Shown: positions 44,526-49,614 of the stretch, in pieces
Numbering within the stretch: the stretch's first letter is position 1
Layout of the letters: each line of letters begins with the position of its first letter
Assembly (NCBI GenBank): GCA_033549405.1
Contig: JAWSUP010000001.1
Location: forward strand, 1 to 49,614
Length of the DNA stretch: 49,614 nt
Direction of reading: 5' to 3'
DNA from: Bacillota bacterium
Lineage (GTDB): Bacteria > Bacillota > Clostridia > Saccharofermentanales > UBA5734
Notes under the pieces: generated by a model
Database searches by the model: none
What the model was told of the DNA's origin: nothing
Seen by the model: the letters and a program-made list of their open reading frames with translations, nothing else
Program-made: the position numbers and the translations under genes

Positions 44526-45059
44526 TCAAAGCAGCTGCCTGATAAAAGGTTCGATCGCTTCCGGCTTAACGGATGGTGCATACCGGCCGGCAACCTGACC
44601 TTGACGGTCGATCAGGAACTTCGTAAAGTTCCACTTGATATCCTGCCCGGTCAGTGCCCGGGTCATTTTTTTTACAGCCTTCTTGATTGCACCAGATTCA
44701 GACAAGTCAGCATCAACGGGCGCTTGCTCCTTGAGATAGACATAGAGCGGATCCGCCGTTTTCCCGTTGACATTGATCTTGGCAAAAGTCTTGAAAGTCA
44801 CGCCAAAATTGACCTGGCAAAAATTGACGATCTCCTCTTCAGTGCCGGGCGCCTGGTTCATGAACTGATTGCAGGGAAAGTCGAGAATTTCAAAGCCCTG
44901 ATCCTTATAGCGGTCATAAAGCTCCTGCAGTCCGCGATATTGCGGTGTAAAGCCGCAGCCGGTCGCTGTGTTGACGATCATGAGGACTTTTCCTTTGTAG
45001 TCGGACAGATTGACGTTGAACTGATAGGCATCTTTGACAATAAAATCATACAGATCCAT
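44526..45059 (-). CDS. gpx: glutathione peroxidase (Cys-type)
   Basis: [19 protein letters not shown] and WNFTKFL motifs. Confidence 0.9.
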   Translation of the reverse strand: MDLYDFIVKDAYQFNVNLSDYKGKVLMIVNTATGCGFTPQYRGLQELYDRYKDQGFEILDFPCNQFMNQAPGTEEEIVNFCQVNFGVTFKTFAKINVNGKTADPLYVYLKEQAPVDADLSESGAIKKAVKKMTRALTGQDIKWNFTKFLIDRQGQVAGRYAPSVKPEAIEPFIRQLL

Positions 45060-45125
45060 ATTGACAATCTCCTGTTCTCTTGTTTCTCAAGACAGCTTGA
45101 GCCTTGAGAATGGCTGATGCTCGAT

Positions 45126-45186
45126 GATTACAATAAATTTGCATTGTATCAAACTATATTGTATCAAATGTATATGCAATTATCAA
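45126..45186 (-). promoter_or_regulatory. candidate promoter plus MarR operator of the gpx-marR operon
   Basis: Minus strand: TTGATA, a 17-nt spacer, then TACAAT. The 11-bp direct repeat TTTGATACAAT occurs twice (45143-45153, 45158-45168), and an inverted partner ATTGTAATC lies at 45126-45134. Confidence 0.45.
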
Positions 45187-45217
45187 TGCGAAAATGGAAA
45201 AACGATACCATTACAGT

Positions 45218-45904
45218 TCAGGCTAACAGGGTTATCAGTGATTCCAGACGGTCGATTTCATAGGTTGGCCGGATCAGGCTGTCTTGCGTCAGATGGCGGG
45301 GATTGTACCAGCAGGTGTCGATTCCGGCGTTGATCCCGCCCAAGATATCAGCTGTCAATGAATCGCCGATCACCAGGGCAGACTTGCGATCTTTGATCTG
45401 GAGCGCGTCCAGGACATGCGCGAAGAACTCGGTCTGCGGCTTCTGGTAACCGATTTCCTCGGAGATAAATAGATCGCTGATAATCGCTGCCAATGGTGAC
45501 TTTTCGAATCGGGGATATTGAACGCCGGCAATACCGTTGGTGATGATGGCCAGTTTGAAATCAGCGGCCAGCCGGCGGCAGATGTCTTCGGCGTCATCAA
45601 ACAGGAAACCACAGCGACCCAGCTCCTTCACATAGGATGCATTGATCACTTCAGGATCCCCCGCCAGCGGAACTTGCTGCAACAGGCGTCTGAACCGCTC
45701 GGTCTGCAGGCGGTCCTTATCGATCAGGCCTTGCTCGAATTCCTGCCACAAATTCTGGTTGATGTCGCGGTACAAGTCTCGCGTTCTGCCGCTCCACGGC
45801 AAATCGTGGTGTTGCAGCGTCTGTTTCAGAGCCTCTCCTTCAGCGCGGTCGAAATCAAACAGGGTTCCATCAGCATCAAATAATAAATAGCGATATGGAT
45901 TCAT
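45218..45904 (-). CDS. HAD-IA hydrolase, YjjG-like noncanonical pyrimidine nucleotidase
   Basis: LLFDADGTLFDF, ITNG and GDSLTADILGG motifs. Start set at MNPYRY, preceded by GGAGGAA. Confidence 0.8.
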   Translation of the reverse strand: MNPYRYLLFDADGTLFDFDRAEGEALKQTLQHHDLPWSGRTRDLYRDINQNLWQEFEQGLIDKDRLQTERFRRLLQQVPLAGDPEVINASYVKELGRCGFLFDDAEDICRRLAADFKLAIITNGIAGVQYPRFEKSPLAAIISDLFISEEIGYQKPQTEFFAHVLDALQIKDRKSALVIGDSLTADILGGINAGIDTCWYNPRHLTQDSLIRPTYEIDRLESLITLLA

Positions 45905-45941
45905 GATGTTCCTCCATTGGTCTGATCGGTTGAGCACTGCA

Positions 45942-46874
45942 TCACAGGCCCAAAACAAACAGCAGCAAGCTGATCATGACGGGTAGCGTCACCAGGCTGT
46001 AAAGGTGTGAGACAAAACAGAGCTGTGCGCCTTCTGTGCTGTCACCGCCATTCGTCTGGGGAAAGATGACGCTGTTGAGCCCAAATGGCATCGACAATAA
46101 AATGACAGCCAGCAAAATAGTTTCGGAATCGATCTTAAGCAGCCACATAATAACGAATACGATCAAGGGAATTGCCAGCAGCCGGATCCAGGATGCAACA
46201 TGCACTTTCCGCTTCAAGATCAGCTGTTTGGGCGTAAATGCGCCGAGGACAAATCCCGTCAGGATCATGGCGATCGGCGCCATGCAGTTGGCTGCCAGAT
46301 CCAAGATTTCCATGGCAATGGTCGGAATCCTGATCTCTGTCATGCCGGCAGCAATGCCCAGAAACAGAGCGATCATGGATGGGTTGATCACGGACTTGAA
46401 ATTCCAGGCCTGTTTGGGATTCAGGATGTAGATACCAATTGTATAGATAAAGATCTGGTACGGGATTGCGTACACCATATAGCGGAAAAGCATCAATTCG
46501 CCGAAGAGCGCAAGAACCAGCGGATAGCCGAGATATCCCATGTTTGGAATTGTATAGGAGTAGGAATACACTTCCCGGATATCGCGATTATCGGAAAATC
46601 GTCTGGCCAGAAGGCGCGAGATAAGGAACGTGATCGTGATCACAGCCAACGACACGAGGATCATCGATCCCTGTTCCTGAATGACTTGCAGGCGGAAGTT
46701 ACGCACCATGGTCATGAAGCACAGCGCCGGTAAAAAAAGCAACACTTCAAGCTTCGACAGCACCACGCCAGTCTGGTCCGGTAACAGCGCTTTGCGGCGC
46801 AGAAAATAGCCAAAGGCAATCAGGGCGAAAAACTTCGCCAGCTGCAGGGCTGTGACAATCAACTGGTCAAGCAA
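45942..46874 (-). CDS. AEC (auxin efflux carrier) family transporter
   Basis: About 10 TM helices in an AEC-like two-repeat layout. A TTG start is proposed at 46874 (AAAGGAAG upstream); the longest ORF runs to 46934. Confidence 0.72.
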   Translation of the reverse strand: MLDQLIVTALQLAKFFALIAFGYFLRRKALLPDQTGVVLSKLEVLLFLPALCFMTMVRNFRLQVIQEQGSMILVSLAVITITFLISRLLARRFSDNRDIREVYSYSYTIPNMGYLGYPLVLALFGELMLFRYMVYAIPYQIFIYTIGIYILNPKQAWNFKSVINPSMIALFLGIAAGMTEIRIPTIAMEILDLAANCMAPIAMILTGFVLGAFTPKQLILKRKVHVASWIRLLAIPLIVFVIMWLLKIDSETILLAVILLSMPFGLNSVIFPQTNGGDSTEGAQLCFVSHLYSLVTLPVMISLLLFVLGL

Positions 46875-47159
46875 CGGCACTTCCTTTCTGTACACAATGT
46901 GGTACGACAAGACTTGTTTAACAGGCCAGTGCACTCTATGTTAGCGCATCATCGCGGTGGCCGCAACAGGCGGGTTGTTGCCACATTGCTGAATTTTTCA
47001 GCATTATTTACATCCCACTTGCCCGCTTTTTACCGTATAATGAAAAACAGGCAGGTGAATTGACTGGAGCGGATATCACGCGCCTATCCGGTCAATCCGT
47101 CAGGCTTTCACTAAAACAACAAACACACGATGGGGCTGTCTGCCCGGGAGGATGCATCT

Positions 47160-49614
47160 ATGAACCAGACACACGATTATGGAGACCACCAGATCCACCT
47201 GATCGGCAGCGCCCATATCGATCCGGTCTGGCTGTGGACCTGGACCGACGGGTACAGCGAAGTCAAGGCTACATTTCAGTCGGCCCTGGACCGGATTGAC
47301 GAATACCCCGACTTCGTATTCACCTGCGCCGGCGCCTGCTATTATCAATGGGTCGAGCAAAGTGATCCGGTGATGTTCGAGAAGATCAGGAAGGCTGTGC
47401 AAAAAGGGCAATGGGTTCCGGTCAACGGCTGGTTTATCCAGCCGGATTGCAACATCCCCTGCGGCGAGTCTTTTGCCCGGCACGGGCTTTATTCCCAGCG
47501 TTATTATCTGGAAAAATTCGGTATCCTGTGTGATACCGGCTACAATGTCGATTCATTCGGCCACAACGGCATGCTGCCGCAGATCCTCCGGCTGAGCGGC
47601 ATGAACCACTATGTCTTTTCCCGGCCTTCAGATAAGGAAAAGCCAGGTGTCGCCAACGTGTTCAACTGGCAAAGCGCCGATGGCAGCACGGTCCTGGCTT
47701 ATAAAATCCCGTTCAGCTACAACCATGAACAGCCAGAGACGCTCGCTGACAAGATCGTACAGGTGGCCCGGATCGGGCAGACGCTCGATACCGACATGAT
47801 GGTCTTCTACGGCGTCGGCAACCATGGAGGCGGACCGACCATCGCGCTGCTGGAGCAAATCGAGAAACTGCGCGGACAACCCGGCTTTATCAAATTCCGC
47901 TACAGCTCACCCCCTGCTGCCATGAAGGCCATGCGCCACAATGAACAGTCCCTCCAGGTTGTCAAGGACGATCTCCAGTATCATGCGATCGGCTGTTACA
48001 GCGCCATGCTGCAGGTCAAGCAGCAGAATCGGCAGGCTGAGATCCGTCTCCTGTCCGCTGAACGCTTCGATACACTGGCCTGCAGCCTTTTGGGGGGAAC
48101 CGGGCAGACTGCCGCACTCAAAAAAGCCTGGGAAAAAGTCATGTTCAACCAATTCCACGACATCCTCGCCGGCTGCAGCCTCAAGGCCGCTTACGCCGAT
48201 GCGGCTAATCTCTACGGCTATGCCTTGTGCACCGCCGGCGAGGTTATGAACCAGGCTATCCAGAAAATTTCCTGGTCGATTGACACCATGGGACGGGATG
48301 GACTGCCGCGCACCAAAGAAGAAGACTGGAAACTATGGGGCCAGGCGGCCAAGGGTACACCGCTGGTCGTGTTCAATCCCCTGCCCTTTGCCGTCACAGT
48401 GCCGGTTGAAGCCTGCGGCGATCTGCATGCTGTCGTGAGAACGCCTCAATCAGAAGCCATCGGACCAGATCTGCTCGCGGTCACCGATGCGGATGGCAAC
48501 CAGCTGGCTATCCAGCAGGTCCGCAGCACCATCAGCAACGGCAAAAACGGCCGCTGGAACACTTTGTTCCTGGCCCGGCTGCCGGCTCTCGGTTATGCAA
48601 CGTTCTGGCTGCATAAGCATGTTTTACCCGACAATATAACGTCTGGCAGCCAGCCTGCAGATCAACTCAGCCAGTCCAAGGATCAATCCGGCCAGACATG
48701 CCGCGTCGACCTGTCGGATAACGGCGCCTGCATGGAAAATGATTTCGTGTCAGTCCTCTTTTCAGCACAGGAAGGCTTCACGGGCATTTACGACAAAAGA
48801 CTCGGCAAGCAGCTCCTGAAGAGTCCGGCATTAGCCCTGGTCATCGATGAAACGCACAGCGACACCTGGGGTCACGGGCTTAAGGAGTACCGCGACGTAA
48901 TCGGCCAATTCGGCAACGGCAGACTTCAGGTTATCGAGAACGGGCCTGTCCGCTGTGCAGTCCGGCTGACAACAAGCTGGCAGCAGTCTCAGATTGATCA
49001 GGACTTCTACCTTCTGGCTGATCGCCCTGAGATCGAAGTACGCGTCAAGGTTTTCTGGCGGGAAAAACATCGCATGCTCAAAATGGAGTTCCCCTTGCAG
49101 ATTCCGGATGCCAAGACAAGTGCCGAGATACCCTACGGCTTTATCGAAAGGGTGATGGACGGGGCAGAAAAGCCCATCCAGCAATGGGTCGATGTCAGCA
49201 ATGACCAGTTCGGTGTCTCGATTCTCAACGATTCCTCCTATGCTGTCGATGTGAAAGACAGCGCGGTGCGCATGACCGTCCTGCGCGGTGCCGCTTTTGC
49301 CGATCATTATGGGGTGCGCGATGATCGCTGCGACTACATGGAACAGGGTGAAAGCTTTGTCAAATATGTCATTTCACCTCATGCCGGCAGCTGGAAGACT
49401 GCAAAAACCGTACAGAAGGCACAGGCACTGAATACCCCCATACCGATCGTCTATGAGACCTACCATCAGGGTCCTTTGCCTCTGTCAGACAGCGGTCTGG
49501 GAATCAACAGCGACACCGTCGTCATGACGGTTTTCAAGCTGGCCGAAGATGGGGACGGCTATATCCTGCGCTGTTATGAGAGTGCCGGTATGGCCACCCA
49601 TACCGAAATCAGCC
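47160..49614 (+). CDS. GH38 alpha-mannosidase (3' end outside window)
   Basis: Absent from the ORF track because it is open at the window edge. My translation from the ATG at 47160 (GGGAGGA upstream) reads HLIGSAHIDPVWLWTW, QPDCNIPCGESF, YNVDSFGH and FNQFHDILAGCS, with no stop to the end of the window. Confidence 0.87.
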   Translation, partial: MNQTHDYGDHQIHLIGSAHIDPVWLWTWTDGYSEVKATFQSALDRIDEYPDFVFTCAGACYYQWVEQSDPVMFEKIRKAVQKGQWVPVNGWFIQPDCNIPCGESFARHGLYSQRYYLEKFGILCDTGYNVDSFGHNGMLPQILRLSGMNHYVFSRPSDKEKPGVANVFNWQSADGSTVLAYKIPFSYNHEQPETLADKIVQVARIGQTLDTDMMVFYGVGNHGGGPTIALLEQIEKLRGQPGFIKFRYSSPPAAMKAMRHNEQSLQVVKDDLQYHAIGCYSAMLQVKQQNRQAEIRLLSAERFDTLACSLLGGTGQTAALKKAWEKVMFNQFHDILAGCSLKAAYADAANLYGYALCTAGEVMNQAIQKISWSIDTMGRDGLPRTKEEDWKLWGQAAKGTPLVVFNPLPFAVTVPVEACGDLHAVVRTPQSEAIGPDLLAVTDADGNQLAIQQVRSTISNGKNGRWNTLFLARLPALGYATFWLHKHVLPDNITSGSQPADQLSQSKDQSGQTCRVDLSDNGACMENDFVSVLFSAQEGFTGIYDKRLGKQLLKSPALALVIDETHSDTWGHGLKEYRDVIGQFGNGRLQVIENGPVRCAVRLTTSWQQSQIDQDFYLLADRPEIEVRVKVFWREKHRMLKMEFPLQIPDAKTSAEIPYGFIERVMDGAEKPIQQWVDVSNDQFGVSILNDSSYAVDVKDSAVRMTVLRGAAFADHYGVRDDRCDYMEQGESFVKYVISPHAGSWKTAKTVQKAQALNTPIPIVYETYHQGPLPLSDSGLGINSDTVVMTVFKLAEDGDGYILRCYESAGMATHTEIS

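Noticed and set aside
44526-45059. Selenocysteine recoding in glutathione peroxidase
   Set aside because: The active-site position is a normal Cys codon (NTATGCGFT) with no in-frame TGA. It is an ordinary Cys-type GPx.
46995-47015. Palindrome TGCTGAA-TTT-TTCAGCA in the AEC/GH38 divergent intergenic region
   Set aside because: It is a short 7-bp stem with no upstream gene to terminate on either strand. It might be an operator, but I have no supporting evidence, so it is not called.
47100-49307. Minus-strand ORFs (47100-47483, 47628-47879, 47907-48158, 48831-49307) and short plus-strand ORFs
   Set aside because: They lie inside or opposite the continuous GH38 alpha-mannosidase reading frame that starts at 47160 and runs off the window.

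Overview
Chromosomal segment of Firmicutes/Clostridia type, moderately GC-rich and mostly minus-strand. Much of the gene order matches the conserved Bacillus-like housekeeping neighbourhood: asnA, ireB-ruvX-DUF1292, mtaB, secG, a P-type Ca-ATPase, a tRNA Val-Asp-Phe operon, metG-tatD, rsmI, a yabB-like methyltransferase, ricT, holB, darA, tmk, a YaaO-like decarboxylase and AraC-folE-folP-folB-folK. Two non-housekeeping regions stand out. (1) 25.8-32.1 kb is a Gram-positive Tad/Flp-like pilus locus: TadA ATPase, two T2SS-F proteins, an Flp1-like pilin, TadE-like and DUF4320-like proteins, and a CpaB/SAF protein. It is headed by an unusual fusion of a Ser/Thr-kinase domain to a TadZ/CpaE-like domain with no Walker A box, and it contains a highly structured intergenic element flanked by a perfect 28-bp direct repeat. 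(2) 38.1-41.9 kb is a visibly AT-rich mosaic island. It holds a nonsense-mutated, truncated type IC hsdR fragment and a cassette encoding a short SIR2_2-like protein plus an unknown partner ORF fused in frame to an IS transposase N-terminal fragment. It also holds three about 24-bp direct repeats, an excisionase-like HTH gene, a frameshifted and truncated tyrosine integrase, and a YafQ/DinJ toxin-antitoxin pair. The SIR2 cassette is my best candidate for an undescribed (possibly decayed) defence module; the kinase::TadZ fusion is the second. The yabB-like methyltransferase is interrupted by a frameshift that coincides with a 57-nt quasi-palindrome (20-bp perfect arms). Two real genes are missing from the ORF track because they are open at the window edges: a BNR-repeat protein (1-1445, minus) and a GH38 alpha-mannosidase (47160-49614, plus). 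All family calls rest on by-eye motif recognition; no searches were run.
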